DNA of 64,000 nt from Escherichia coli (lineage in GTDB: Bacteria > Pseudomonadota > Gammaproteobacteria > Enterobacterales > Enterobacteriaceae), in NCBI RefSeq assembly GCF_003334785.1, contig NZ_QOWV01000002.1. One strand, given 5' to 3'. Position numbers and translations under genes: made by a program. The notes below the pieces were generated by a model that searched no databases, was not told the DNA's origin, and saw nothing but the letters and a program-made list of their open reading frames with translations. How positions within the stretch are numbered: the stretch's first letter is position 1; the number at the start of each line of letters is the position of its first letter. Of the stretch, positions 48,728 to 59,877 are shown one piece after another.

Positions 48728-49459
48728 TTAAATGCCGAGTGGGAAAATATCATGGCCTTGTTCTTGCCAACTGGTGAGTTGCTGCTGTTGGGCGGAGGTT
48801 CGATTTTCACCGCACCACACCAGCAATGTACGGCCTTCGAATAGTTCAGGGCGTAGTTGATTGAGCGAGTGGGCGAGGACATCAATGCGCCATCCTTGTT
48901 GACTGGCAATCCAGCCCTCCAGCCACAGACGGGTGGTATCCTGAATATTCCAGCCAACCACCAGCGCATCTTTACCCTGTTTTTTACGTGCCGAAGCCAG
49001 ACAAATGGCGATGTAGTTGATCAGTACGCCGTCGAGGATCGCCAGCAGCGCCTGGAGAGTCGGTTGTTGGCACTGAAGCCGTCGGCGCAGAGGAATAAAC
49101 AGATGTGTGGTGAGTGTCTGGGCGGGGTAATCCTGACCGCGCTCTTTGATCCACGTTCGCAGGCTATGTAGATTGCCGCTTTGCAGGTAAGTCAGTAATG
49201 TTTCTTGCTGATCGCGCCAGCCGTTCTGCACATCAACATTTTCATTACTGAGCAGCATTTTAACTTTGCTGACCTGCACGCCGTTGTCGATCCAGCGTTT
49301 GATCTCGCGGATCCGGTCAATATCGGCATCGTTGAACAGCCGATGACCGCCGTCTGTCCGTTGCGGTTTCAGCAATCCGTAACGCCTCTGCCACGCGCGT
49401 AACGTGACAGGATTAATATCACAAAGCAACGCCACTTCACCAATTGTGTAAAGCGCCAT
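48728..49459 (-). CDS. mlrA: MerR-family transcriptional regulator (curli regulator MlrA)
   Basis: 243-aa ORF with N-terminal MerR HTH (MALYTIGEVALLCDINPVTLRAWQRRYGL). Confidence 0.92.
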   Translation of the reverse strand: MALYTIGEVALLCDINPVTLRAWQRRYGLLKPQRTDGGHRLFNDADIDRIREIKRWIDNGVQVSKVKMLLSNENVDVQNGWRDQQETLLTYLQSGNLHSLRTWIKERGQDYPAQTLTTHLFIPLRRRLQCQQPTLQALLAILDGVLINYIAICLASARKKQGKDALVVGWNIQDTTRLWLEGWIASQQGWRIDVLAHSLNQLRPELFEGRTLLVWCGENRTSAQQQQLTSWQEQGHDIFPLGI

Positions 49460-49680
49460 CGTCTCACCCTTGCTCGCGAGGTCCCGGTTTAACTTTAGAC
49501 GCAGTTTTGCGAACCAGGTAGTTTTGCCCGTTTTTTGTGCATCTATAGGGTGATTTTATTTTTGCCAGGCGATTTTGAGTGATCGTACTCACGAATTCTC
49601 ATTTTTCTGCAAGAGTTCAAAGAAAGTTAAACGCAGGCAATGTATGTTACGCGTTTTAAAGGGAAGTGTGGTTTGCGGGT

Positions 49681-51366
49681 ATGTACGATTTTAATCTGGT
49701 GTTGCTGCTGCTTCAGCAGATGTGCGTTTTTTTAGTCATTGCGTGGTTAATGAGTAAAACGCCATTATTCATACCGTTAATGCAGGTCACGGTTCGTCTG
49801 CCGCATAAATTTCTCTGCTACATCGTCTTTTCCATCTTCTGCATCATGGGCACCTGGTTTGGGTTGCACATTGACGATTCTATTGCCAATACCCGTGCGA
49901 TAGGCGCGGTAATGGGCGGCTTACTCGGCGGTCCGGTCGTCGGTGGGCTGGTTGGTCTGACCGGCGGCTTACATCGATATTCGATGGGGGGCATGACCGC
50001 GCTAAGTTGCATGATCTCAACCATCGTTGAAGGATTGCTCGGCGGCCTGGTACACAGCATCCTGATCCGTCGCGGGCGCACTGATAAAGTCTTTAACCCC
50101 ATTACCGCCGGTGCCGTCACGTTCGTCGCTGAAATGGTGCAAATGTTGATCATCCTGGCGATCGCCCGACCTTATGAAGATGCGGTACGTCTGGTGAGTA
50201 ATATTGCTGCGCCAATGATGGTCACCAATACCGTCGGCGCGGCGCTGTTTATGCGTATATTGCTCGATAAACGCGCGATGTTTGAAAAATACACTTCAGC
50301 TTTTTCTGCCACTGCGCTGAAAGTGGCGGCCTCGACGGAAGGCATTTTGCGCCAGGGGTTTAACGAAGTGAACAGCATGAAAGTGGCACAGGTGCTGTAT
50401 CAGGAGCTGGATATTGGTGCAGTCGCGATTACCGATCGAGAGAAATTGCTAGCCTTTACCGGAATTGGTGACGACCACCATTTACCCGGCAAACCGATTT
50501 CTTCGACTTATACCTTAAAAGCGATTGAAACCGGTGAAGTGGTCTACGCTGATGGCAACGAAGTACCTTACCGTTGCTCTTTGCATCCGCAATGCAAACT
50601 GGGGTCGACGCTGGTAATTCCGTTGCGTGGTGAAAATCAGCGGGTGATGGGCACCATCAAATTGTATGAAGCCAAAAACCGTTTATTCAGTTCAATCAAC
50701 CGCACGCTGGGCGAGGGGATTGCGCAACTGCTTTCGGCGCAGATCCTTGCCGGGCAATATGAGCGGCAAAAAGCGATGCTCACCCAGTCAGAGATCAAAC
50801 TGCTTCACGCCCAGGTGAATCCCCATTTTTTGTTTAATGCGCTTAACACCATTAAAGCGGTGATCCGTCGCGACAGCGAACAGGCCAGCCAGCTGGTGCA
50901 GTATCTTTCCACTTTTTTCCGCAAAAACTTAAAGCGGCCTTCGGAGTTTGTTACTCTCGCCGACGAAATTGAACATGTGAATGCTTATCTGCAAATTGAA
51001 AAGGCGCGCTTCCAGTCGCGGTTGCAGGTCAACATTGCTATTCCGCAAGAATTATCCCAGCAGCAATTGCCCGCGTTTACCCTGCAACCGATAGTGGAAA
51101 ACGCCATTAAACATGGGACATCACAACTGCTGGATACAGGGCGAGTGGCAATCAGCGCCCGACGTGAGGGGCAACATTTAATGCTGGAGATCGAAGACAA
51201 TGCCGGTTTGTATCAACCGGTAACCAATGCCAGTGGGCTGGGGATGAATCTGGTGGATAAGCGTTTACGTGAACGGTTTGGCGATGACTATGGGATAAGC
51301 GTCGCCTGTGAGCCTGATAGTTACACCCGAATAACGTTACGACTACCATGGAGGGACGAGGCATGA
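49681..51366 (+). CDS. btsS: LytS-type sensor histidine kinase (pyruvate-responsive BtsS)
   Basis: ORF from [13 protein letters not shown]...: 5TM-Lyt membrane domain, GAF-like region, His kinase core (HFLFNALN). Confidence 0.9.
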
Positions 51367-52082
51367 TTAAAGTCTTAATTGTCGATGATGAACCGTTAGC
51401 ACGGGAGAACCTGCGCGTATTTTTGCAGGAGCAGAGCGATATTGAAATCGTTGGTGAGTGTTCAAACGCCGTGGAAGGGATCGGCGCGGTGCATAAACTG
51501 CGCCCGGATGTGCTGTTTCTCGATATCCAGATGCCGCGCATCAGTGGTCTGGAAATGGTGGGGATGCTCGACCCGGAACATCGTCCGTATATTGTTTTTC
51601 TCACCGCGTTTGACGAATACGCCATTAAAGCCTTTGAAGAACACGCCTTTGATTATCTGCTGAAGCCAATTGATGAAGCGCGACTGGAGAAAACGCTGGC
51701 GCGTTTGCGGCAGGAACGCAGCAAGCAGGATGTTTCGCTGTTACCAGAAAATCAACAGGCGCTGAAATTTATCCCTTGTACTGGGCATAGTCGGATTTAT
51801 TTGCTGCAAATGAAAGATGTGGCATTTGTCAGCAGTCGGATGAGCGGTGTCTACGTTACCAGCCACGAAGGGAAAGAGGGCTTTACCGAATTGACATTAC
51901 GTACCCTGGAAAGTCGTACACCACTACTGCGCTGCCATCGTCAGTATCTGGTTAACCTCGCGCATTTACAGGAGATTCGTCTGGAAGATAACGGCCAGGC
52001 CGAGTTGATTTTGCGTAATGGCTTAACCGTGCCGGTCAGCCGCCGTTATCTGAAAAGCTTAAAAGAGGCGATTGGCCTGTAA
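51363..52082 (+). CDS. btsR: LytTR-family response regulator BtsR
   Basis: ORF from [16 protein letters not shown]... with receiver domain and C-terminal LytTR; start overlaps btsS stop. Confidence 0.92.
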
Positions 52083-52128
52083 AAGACTGCTAAAATGGCT
52101 TTTTGCCTCATCAACACCTGAAGGCCTC

Positions 52129-52599
52129 ATGCTAAGTAACGATATTCTGCGCAGCGTGCGCTACATTTTGAAAGCCAATAATAATGACCTGGTGCGTATT
52201 CTGGCGCTGGGTAATGTCGAAGCCACCGCGGAACAGATCGCCGTCTGGCTACGTAAAGAAGACGAAGAGGGTTTTCAGCGTTGTCCGGACATTGTTTTGT
52301 CGTCATTCCTCAATGGCCTGATTTATGAAAAACGCGGCAAGGATGAGTCTGCTCCGGCACTGGAGCCGGAACGTCGCATTAATAACAACATCGTGCTGAA
52401 AAAATTACGCATCGCGTTTTCGCTGAAAACCGATGACATTCTGGCGATCCTCACCGAACAGCAGTTCCGCGTTTCGATGCCGGAAATTACGGCGATGATG
52501 CGTGCACCGGATCATAAAAACTTCCGCGAATGCGGCGATCAATTTTTACGTTATTTTCTGCGTGGACTGGCAGCGCGCCAGCATGTGAAGAAAAGCTAA
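52129..52599 (+). CDS. yehS: DUF1456-family protein
   Basis: 156-aa ORF from MLSNDILRSVRYILK. Confidence 0.85.
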   Translation: MLSNDILRSVRYILKANNNDLVRILALGNVEATAEQIAVWLRKEDEEGFQRCPDIVLSSFLNGLIYEKRGKDESAPALEPERRINNNIVLKKLRIAFSLKTDDILAILTEQQFRVSMPEITAMMRAPDHKNFRECGDQFLRYFLRGLAARQHVKKS

Positions 52600-52608
52600 G
52601 ACGGGTAT

Positions 52609-52633
52609 GGCGGCCATGCGAAACATGGCCGCC
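52609..52633. terminator. Bidirectional hairpin between convergent yehS and yehR
   Basis: Perfect 10-bp stem GGCGGCCATG / CATGGCCGCC with CGAAA loop. Confidence 0.6.
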
Positions 52634-52639
52634 GACAGA

Positions 52640-53101
52640 TTATTTCACTTCTTTAAAACCAGCGGCTTTCATCACCAGTTCCATTTGCGCCATAGTGATA
52701 CCTTTTTTGGCATCTTCAGCAGAAACGTTGATTCCTGAAATACCATGCAGGGCTTTAAAATCCACTTTTTCCATATCGATAGTCACGTTTTCCTGCGCGT
52801 AGGTATCGGTATAGGTTAATTTTTCTTCAACACCCGCGATGTTTTTGTATTTGGCGCTTAACGGCTCAAGTGCCCTGGCAGCATCTTCTTTGGTGGTTGC
52901 ACCAATGGAGGCAAATTGAATTTTGGTTTCAGAAGATTGCTTAAGCACCTTGTCACCTTTGTAGACATAGGTAATGGCAATTTCAGTGCCGTTCAGATTG
53001 GCGCTGAATTTCTTCGATTCTTCTTTGTCACCGCAGCCAGCAAGAGAGAAAACCAGAACAGATGCAACAACGAGGGAAAACAGCTTATTGAAAGCCTTCA
53101 T
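52640..53101 (-). CDS. yehR: Lipoprotein (DUF1307)
   Basis: 153-aa ORF from MKAFNKLFSLVVASVLVFSLAGC (lipobox). Confidence 0.88.
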   Translation of the reverse strand: MKAFNKLFSLVVASVLVFSLAGCGDKEESKKFSANLNGTEIAITYVYKGDKVLKQSSETKIQFASIGATTKEDAARALEPLSAKYKNIAGVEEKLTYTDTYAQENVTIDMEKVDFKALHGISGINVSAEDAKKGITMAQMELVMKAAGFKEVK

Positions 53102-53225
53102 GTAAAACTCCATTTTATTTAATCAAGAAACTGGTGACTCTCACCAGGGGCTATATAGAATATGCCTAATACCGTGGCGTGAGCAGTCCGGAACTGGAGT
53201 AGAACTCTTAGTAAAAAGCACTATT

Positions 53226-55229
53226 TCATCCTTGTTGCTGAAGCATGGGGAATAATTGTTCGCAAAGCAAAACACCGTTATTCATTGCTTCTACCCGTGC
53301 CTCGCTTTCTGTATTACGAAATTGTGCCAACACATGTGCCAGCCGATAAAAACCCACCGCGGTGAGGTCATTCGCCAGCAACTCTGCCTGACTAATAGCG
53401 CTCTGTTCCTGATAGCGCCAGCCGTTATGGAGCAGTTGAATAAGTAACGCCTGGCAGCGCATCAGCAACTGATGAGCAGTAGACGGCACAGGCAGAACGC
53501 TGGTAGAAGGTAGTGATACCACCACAGGCGCAGTTTCTGCGTCCAGCGCCCAGGCACGAGTCTTTGTCATCATTACCTGTGGTTCCAGTGTCAATTGCCC
53601 ATCAACAAAACTGACAAAGCCAGAAACCAGATACACGGGGTCGTCTGTTTGTTGCAAAAGCGCCGCCATGCGTTCAACGGCATAAGGCGCGCTGGCTGAG
53701 GCTGGCAGTGATAACGTCAGCAGATTATCTTCACCTTCGCCGCTGATTACCTGCGCATCCAGCGTCTGGCGGCTGCTATCCCAACCGAGCGAAATACACT
53801 CAGCGACCGGCAGAATAAATAAGTTATCGACCTGATTAAGAGGCCGTATGCAGGCGGGGGGACGCTGGCGTAAATATTCCCGCAAAGCCACAATGCCCGG
53901 CTGGCGTAACGGCGCGCTCAACATTTGCCAGGCATCAGGCGACAGCGGCACAACGCTGCTTAAGCGGTTGCGGGTAGCTAACAGCAGCTCGCCATCGGCA
54001 CTGCGTTTTGCTGCTTGTGAAACAATTTGCCCGCCCGCCAGTGCGCCAGCCTGAAAACTAAACAGCCGACGCGTAGCTGCCGGTGAGTTTTCCTGTTCAC
54101 TTCGCGGCCAACTGCGCGAAAGGTGCAAAATACTGCCGGTGTCGGGATCGGTAAACCAGATGCGTAAACCATAATGCTCAATATCCTGCCAGCAACGCAT
54201 ACCTAAAGACACCAGCCGCAGATGATCAAGCTTTGCTTCTCCGGCAATGCCTGCGCCAACGACCGTGCGCCACGGCATGGGAGGAATTTCACCAACACTG
54301 TCGCGCTGCGCCATTTCGTGTGCGCAATTTAATCGACTGTTTAATGCGGCAAGCTGACACAAGCATTCTCCGGCATGATAATGGCTTGCGCGGGCGTGGA
54401 AGGCATCAACGCTGGCGCGCAGTTGCCGTAGCGATTCACTCACCCATCGCCAGTTGCAGCGTTCCGCCGCTTGCTGCGCGCGGCTGAAAGCGGCCTCGTA
54501 GTGAATAAGCGGCTGGCTGATGCCGCCAAGCCATAATGCCTGGCTTAATTGCTGAACATATTGACGACACGTTTGGCCTTCTTCGCTGGCAAACGGATCG
54601 TCAGATGATGTGACGTGTTCGCTGCGCATCTGCCAGATTAAATGGTTAAATTCTGCTTGCTGCGCTTTGGCCTCGACGAAGGCCTGTACCGCCAGTACGA
54701 TATGTTCGCAAAGAGTGCCTTCAATACAATCACAACGGGCGAAACGAATGCTGCTGCGGGAATAAAAACGCACATCGCTCATCGGTAAGCGGGCAGAGGG
54801 AATTTCGCCCGGCGTACAGAACAACTCAATGGTGATGCCTTTAGCGACCAGCGCCTGCGCGCGTTTGCGGGTGGCATCGGGCAGGGTAGCCAGTTCTTCC
54901 AGCCAGATTGCCGGATCCCACTCTTCTTCTTTTTCCGCAGGCTGGGCGGTAGCACAAAGTCGTTGATAACTTAACACCAGCATCACGCGATGACGGCACA
55001 TGCCGCTGGCCCCACAGGTGCACTGAGCCTCTTTCAGTGCCTGGCCGTTCGCCAGCTGGGTACGGACACCGTCACTGAAGGTGGCGATTAAAGCGCCGTT
55101 CTCATGGCTGATTTCCGGGACGTTGCCATTTTCCAGTTCCTTAAGGCTGCGCTTAACAAAACCGGCATTGCTTAACGCCGTCAGTGCCTGTGGTGTCAGT
55201 TCTAATAATTCCGGACGTAGTGAATTCAT
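53226..55229 (-). CDS. yehQ: SWIM zinc-finger-motif protein of the yehLMPQ cluster
   Basis: N-terminal CTCGASGMCRHRV (C-x-C...C-x-H); start at 55229 overlaps yehP stop (ATGA), alternative ATG at 55253. Confidence 0.85.
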   Translation of the reverse strand: MNSLRPELLELTPQALTALSNAGFVKRSLKELENGNVPEISHENGALIATFSDGVRTQLANGQALKEAQCTCGASGMCRHRVMLVLSYQRLCATAQPAEKEEEWDPAIWLEELATLPDATRKRAQALVAKGITIELFCTPGEIPSARLPMSDVRFYSRSSIRFARCDCIEGTLCEHIVLAVQAFVEAKAQQAEFNHLIWQMRSEHVTSSDDPFASEEGQTCRQYVQQLSQALWLGGISQPLIHYEAAFSRAQQAAERCNWRWVSESLRQLRASVDAFHARASHYHAGECLCQLAALNSRLNCAHEMAQRDSVGEIPPMPWRTVVGAGIAGEAKLDHLRLVSLGMRCWQDIEHYGLRIWFTDPDTGSILHLSRSWPRSEQENSPAATRRLFSFQAGALAGGQIVSQAAKRSADGELLLATRNRLSSVVPLSPDAWQMLSAPLRQPGIVALREYLRQRPPACIRPLNQVDNLFILPVAECISLGWDSSRQTLDAQVISGEGEDNLLTLSLPASASAPYAVERMAALLQQTDDPVYLVSGFVSFVDGQLTLEPQVMMTKTRAWALDAETAPVVVSLPSTSVLPVPSTAHQLLMRCQALLIQLLHNGWRYQEQSAISQAELLANDLTAVGFYRLAHVLAQFRNTESEARVEAMNNGVLLCEQLFPMLQQQG

Positions 55230-56362
55230 GACTGAAGGTTCTCTGCAAGCCATGATGCCAGCTCGCCCGGCGTCATGGCGGCTATTTGTGCGCCGACATT
55301 AACCAGCGCCTGGGCCGTATCGCGGTCATAGCAAGGCGTTGCTGTGCTATCGAGCGCTGCCAGTCCCAGCACTTTGATGCCGCTCTGGACACACTTTTTC
55401 ACCTGATGCGTCAGCAATGATGATGAACCCCCTTCATAAAAATCGCTCACGAGGATAATGACGCTTTTTGCTGGTTGTTCAATAAGTTGCCGACCATACT
55501 CCACGGCACTGGCGATATTGGTTCCGCCGCCCAGTTGTACTTTCATTAATAGTTCTACCGGATCGGCAACGTCTGCCGTGAGATCAACGACGCTTGTGTC
55601 AAACGCCACCAGATGGGTACGAATGCCGGGTAACTGCCACAAACAGGCCGCCATCACCGCAGAGTGGATCACCGAATCGACCATCGAGCCGCTTTGATCA
55701 ACCAGTAAGACCAGTTGCCATTGTTCGCTTTGGCGTTTAATGCGGCTGTTAAATCGGGGGGATTCGATATACAACTTGCCGTGTTGCGGGTGCCAGTGTT
55801 GCAGGTTGGCGCGCAGAGTACTTTTGAAATCAAAGTTTCGCGCCAGTGGAATAAATGAGCGGCGACGGCGATCGCGGACACCAGAAAAAGCCTGACGAAC
55901 TTCCTTTGCCAGTCGAGCCATAATTTCTTCAACAACCTGGCGCACTATCCGGCGGGCGGTAGCCAGTACTTCGGGGTTCATCAGATGTTTGGTATGCAAA
56001 ACGGCGCGTAGCAGGCTTTCAGAAGGCTGCATACGTTCCAGCACGTCGAGATTCGTCACCACATCTTCAATGCCATAGCGCAGTACGGCATCGCTTTCCA
56101 GCCGCTCAATCACCTGTTGCGGAAACAGCGTGTGAATACTGTTGATCCACTCAGGGGTGGTGAGATTTGAGCCACCTAATCCACCGGAGCGTTCACCACG
56201 CTGGAGCCGTTCAGGATCGCGCCCATACAGCCATTCCAGCGCGTGGTCTATCTGCCGGGCGTTGTCATCCAGCCCACAAAGCGTCGTTTCTGCCGCTTCG
56301 CCAAGAATTAATCGCCAGCGTTGTAGCTCACGGGGGGTCAGAAGATCGTTCAGTTCAGACAT
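55226..56362 (-). CDS. yehP: von Willebrand factor A (VWA) domain protein
   Basis: 378-aa ORF from MSELNDLLTPRELQ...; MIDAS-like DQSGS in C-terminal half. Confidence 0.88.
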   Translation of the reverse strand: MSELNDLLTPRELQRWRLILGEAAETTLCGLDDNARQIDHALEWLYGRDPERLQRGERSGGLGGSNLTTPEWINSIHTLFPQQVIERLESDAVLRYGIEDVVTNLDVLERMQPSESLLRAVLHTKHLMNPEVLATARRIVRQVVEEIMARLAKEVRQAFSGVRDRRRRSFIPLARNFDFKSTLRANLQHWHPQHGKLYIESPRFNSRIKRQSEQWQLVLLVDQSGSMVDSVIHSAVMAACLWQLPGIRTHLVAFDTSVVDLTADVADPVELLMKVQLGGGTNIASAVEYGRQLIEQPAKSVIILVSDFYEGGSSSLLTHQVKKCVQSGIKVLGLAALDSTATPCYDRDTAQALVNVGAQIAAMTPGELASWLAENLQS

Positions 56363-58634
56363 GGAAAACTCCCCAGTGTTGCAGCGATGCCAGTGCCTGC
56401 TGTTCGAGTTGTTGATGATGTGCAATGGCCTGTGGTGGACAATGCAACGGCATTTGCAGCGCTGAAACAGGAAGCTGCGCAAGCTGGTAATGCTCAAGCA
56501 CCTGATGCGCCAGCGTCCCGCGTTCTCGTGGCGGTAGCCAGGCCATTGCCGCGCGTAAATCGGGCAGGGCGTTAATAAAATCGTCGTCACTTAGTTGATT
56601 TAAATGACTGCTGAAACCGGCGATAAATGCAGGTTGACAGGCCAGTTGATGACGGGCTAATGCCAGCAAACCGTGCAGCGCCTCACCGGATTGTGCCGGG
56701 GATAACTGCGCCAGCATCGTCAGCGCCGCTTCGGCACTGGCGTTGGGATGTTCCAGACGCATTAGTGCGCCAAGAGCCGCGCCGCGATCCAGCGCCGGGG
56801 CATGAATCGCCTGACTGCGTCGCTCCAGTAAGGCTACCGCCGCAGAAAGAGAAACGCCGGGTAAATTAACGCCGCTATGTAGATCGCGCAGGATATGGCA
56901 AAGCGCTTGCCAGCTATGCAGGTGAGCGTGAAACTCCTTTTCATCCGGTCTGCCGTTAGATTCACACAGCCACAGCGTGCGATCGATAGCCGCGCATAAC
57001 GTCGTTTGTAATATCTGCGCGCCTTGCATACCGCTAATTTCATCCAGCCGCCATAAGGCATATAGCACTTCCAGCGCCTGGCCCATTTCGGCAAATTGAT
57101 TTTCCTGGGCGATTAATAATGTGAGTTGCTCCAGTAATTGTTGACTGAAGGACGCCAGACCCGCTAACGCCGCCTGGCTAAGACATGTGGTGATACTGCC
57201 GATTCCACCCGTGTCCAGCATATCGGCTTCTAATTTATGGCGTGCGGCTTCCTGGAGTGTTGCACCAAAGCAGGCGGCCTCAATCAATGCCGCATGCTGG
57301 CTAAGCGGGCGGGTTAATTTCCAGTGTTCTTCACCGTTGCCTGCAAGTGTCAGTGTACTTCCCTGCTGGCGTACAATCCCTGGGATCTCCAGTATTGCCA
57401 GCCGATGTAACACCTGACTTTGCGCTAGTCCATTGGGGTTAAAGCGATTTAAGGTAAGCTCCGCCGGAAGAGAGATTGCGGTACGTTCCAGTTCGCAGGT
57501 GACATCTTTTGGCAGAGGCGGTTGTGGCGTAGAAGGGGCAAGTTTACCGAATCCGTCACCCGCTAATGTGTCTATCAACGTTAGCAGAATCGGATCGGTA
57601 TCGGGATGAATAACGCCGCGATAGCTCCACGGCAACGGCGCATTCAGGGCTTCTTTAATCAGCGAGCCTGCTAAGGCATCCAGCCAGTCAGTGCGTAACG
57701 GTAGTGTATGACCGCGCAACTGTGCCAGCGCCATCGCATGCAGATGAGCGGCAGCCATATCCGCGGTAGAAGCGGGCAATTTGTGCTGGCGCAAACGGGT
57801 AAGGATAGTTTTTAGCAGTTGTTCACCGGCCTTCTGCAAGCCCCACTGCCAGCACCAGTTTTGCCATACCGGGGCAGGCATTCCTGAAAGGTATCCTGCC
57901 AGCACATCAAGGCGCTTTTCACTGTAGGGTGTGAGATAACAACCTGTAACGGCATCTGCCAGCGAGGGCAATTCTGGCTTGTTAATTTCCTGAGGGCATT
58001 CGCGCCACATCTTTGCCAGTGCCGGAGCGTGCCAGCCACCGCAGACAACCAATACGTCGCCATCATTTTGCTGCATCGCCCATCCAATCCAGCGGGTCAT
58101 AAAGGCTTCGCGCTGACGATTGAGTACATCGCCGGGGGAATCGCCGCGCAGTTGGGCAAAATAGTGCGCCAGCGCAGAGGGTAATGCAATTTGCTGGCTT
58201 TCATCTTCGAACAAGTGATCCCACAGGGTGTCGCTGTTATCCATGCGGGTGGCACGCAGCAGCAAGGTCTGGCTTTCCTCTTGCGTATCAGGCGAATCGT
58301 CCTCTTCTTCACTCTGCGCCCAGCAAGGCAAATCGATGAAGTAAGTTTGTGCCTGAATACAACGAGCGGCTTGTAGCGCCTGCCACTCCGGCGAAAATTC
58401 AGCAAATGGCGTCCAGGCACCACGCCCGGGGGCTGCACCGTCCTGATACTGGCAATAACTGTAAATAGCTACCGGAAGCTGGTGGGCTAAAAACAGTTCG
58501 TCTACCCGGTCATTAAAATCAGCCGGGCCTTCAATCAACACGTATCGTGGCCGCTGGCTTTCGATTAACGATTTCACCAGCCGGGCGCAGGCCGGACTAT
58601 GATGCCGGATGCCGACAATTAACGGCTCGCTCAT
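56355..58634 (-). CDS. yehM: Large uncharacterised protein of the yehLMPQ cluster
   Basis: 759-aa ORF from MSEPLIVGIRHHSPACARL...; Ala/Leu-rich, probably alpha-helical; 2-nt gap to yehP. Confidence 0.85.
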   Translation of the reverse strand: MSEPLIVGIRHHSPACARLVKSLIESQRPRYVLIEGPADFNDRVDELFLAHQLPVAIYSYCQYQDGAAPGRGAWTPFAEFSPEWQALQAARCIQAQTYFIDLPCWAQSEEEDDSPDTQEESQTLLLRATRMDNSDTLWDHLFEDESQQIALPSALAHYFAQLRGDSPGDVLNRQREAFMTRWIGWAMQQNDGDVLVVCGGWHAPALAKMWRECPQEINKPELPSLADAVTGCYLTPYSEKRLDVLAGYLSGMPAPVWQNWCWQWGLQKAGEQLLKTILTRLRQHKLPASTADMAAAHLHAMALAQLRGHTLPLRTDWLDALAGSLIKEALNAPLPWSYRGVIHPDTDPILLTLIDTLAGDGFGKLAPSTPQPPLPKDVTCELERTAISLPAELTLNRFNPNGLAQSQVLHRLAILEIPGIVRQQGSTLTLAGNGEEHWKLTRPLSQHAALIEAACFGATLQEAARHKLEADMLDTGGIGSITTCLSQAALAGLASFSQQLLEQLTLLIAQENQFAEMGQALEVLYALWRLDEISGMQGAQILQTTLCAAIDRTLWLCESNGRPDEKEFHAHLHSWQALCHILRDLHSGVNLPGVSLSAAVALLERRSQAIHAPALDRGAALGALMRLEHPNASAEAALTMLAQLSPAQSGEALHGLLALARHQLACQPAFIAGFSSHLNQLSDDDFINALPDLRAAMAWLPPRERGTLAHQVLEHYQLAQLPVSALQMPLHCPPQAIAHHQQLEQQALASLQHWGVFHV

Positions 58635-58644
58635 GCATCTTTCC

Positions 58645-59733
58645 TCACGGCAGGCGGTGGCGGGCTTGATAATAAGCCTGCCAGTGAGCTTCTTTATGTG
58701 TGGCGACACGCTGTTCGAAGTAACGGCGCAGACGAGCGCGATCTTCTTCATTATCTTTGACGATGGTTCCGGCAATGCAGTCCACCAGGTCGGCTGGCTC
58801 ACCTGCGCGATTCGCTAAAAACCAGGCGCGGACGCCCACTGCGTGGGCCACGTTCACGGCTTCAGCGGTGGACATAATTGCCGTCAGGGTATCCATTGAC
58901 GTTTTCTTTTCGCCGTTGGCACGCAGATCGCGGAAGGTGCGGACCAGTAACTCCAGTACCGCGTCAGGCACTTTATGCGGAATACCGCTATGGGCCAGCA
59001 AACGCGCCGAAGCACTGGCGACCAGTTCCAGCTCCTGGGCGAAATCCATAATCGGAAAGACAGTTTCAAAATCGAAGCGACGCTTTAGCGCGGCACTCAT
59101 CTCATTGACGCCGCGATCGCGGGTATTGGCAGTGGCAATAATATTAAAGCCTTCTCGCGCATAGAGCTGACTGGCTTCACTGGTGAGTTCCGGCACCGTC
59201 ATAACCCGGTCAGAAAGCATACCTAACAGACAGTCTTGCACTTCCAGCGGTGTACGCGTTATCTCTTCAAAACGGACGATTTTGCCGTCGCGCATTCCCT
59301 GATAAAGCGGGGCAGGGACCAGCGCTTCCGTTGACGGACCATGATTGATAAGCAGGGCGTAGTTCCAGCCATACTTGATTTGATCTTCGGTGGTAGATGC
59401 CCCGCCCTGGATGGTTAACCCGGCATCGCCGCTAATAGCGGTTGCCAGTAATTCAGACAGGAGAGATTTTGCGGTGCCAGGTTCCCCCACCAACATCAAA
59501 CCGCGCCCGGTGGCAAGAGTGACTAACATACGTTCGACAGCAGAGGGACTAATCACCACTTTACGGCTAATATTTTGCGCGCTATCGCCAAGGATAAAAG
59601 CACGGGCCGCAGGCAAACTTAACTGCCAACCGGGCGGGCAAGGTGCGTTATCATTTTGTTTTAATTTTGCCAGTTCATCGGCGTATAACACAGCGGCAGG
59701 CGGACGCTGCAGATGATTATTCTGCGGTGACAT
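58645..59733 (-). CDS. yehL: MoxR-like AAA+ ATPase
   Basis: 362-aa ORF from MSPQNNHLQRPPAAV...; Walker A GEPGTAKS; AAA_5-like core. Confidence 0.88.
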   Translation of the reverse strand: MSPQNNHLQRPPAAVLYADELAKLKQNDNAPCPPGWQLSLPAARAFILGDSAQNISRKVVISPSAVERMLVTLATGRGLMLVGEPGTAKSLLSELLATAISGDAGLTIQGGASTTEDQIKYGWNYALLINHGPSTEALVPAPLYQGMRDGKIVRFEEITRTPLEVQDCLLGMLSDRVMTVPELTSEASQLYAREGFNIIATANTRDRGVNEMSAALKRRFDFETVFPIMDFAQELELVASASARLLAHSGIPHKVPDAVLELLVRTFRDLRANGEKKTSMDTLTAIMSTAEAVNVAHAVGVRAWFLANRAGEPADLVDCIAGTIVKDNEEDRARLRRYFEQRVATHKEAHWQAYYQARHRLP

Positions 59734-59843
59734 ATATTCATCCCTGAAATGTATTAATGAAATAAACGATATTTTACGCGCAATAAATGTTTGGCGCATT
59801 AGTTGTTTGAGCGGAAAATATCTGGAAAGCAGATCACAGTAAA

Positions 59844-59877
59844 TAAAAAAACCTGCTGGTGAGGCAGGTTCTTTTAT
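59844..59877 (-). terminator. Rho-independent terminator downstream of yehK, upstream of yehL
   Basis: On minus strand AACCTGCCTCACCAGCAGGTT hairpin followed by TTTTTTTATTT. Confidence 0.75.
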
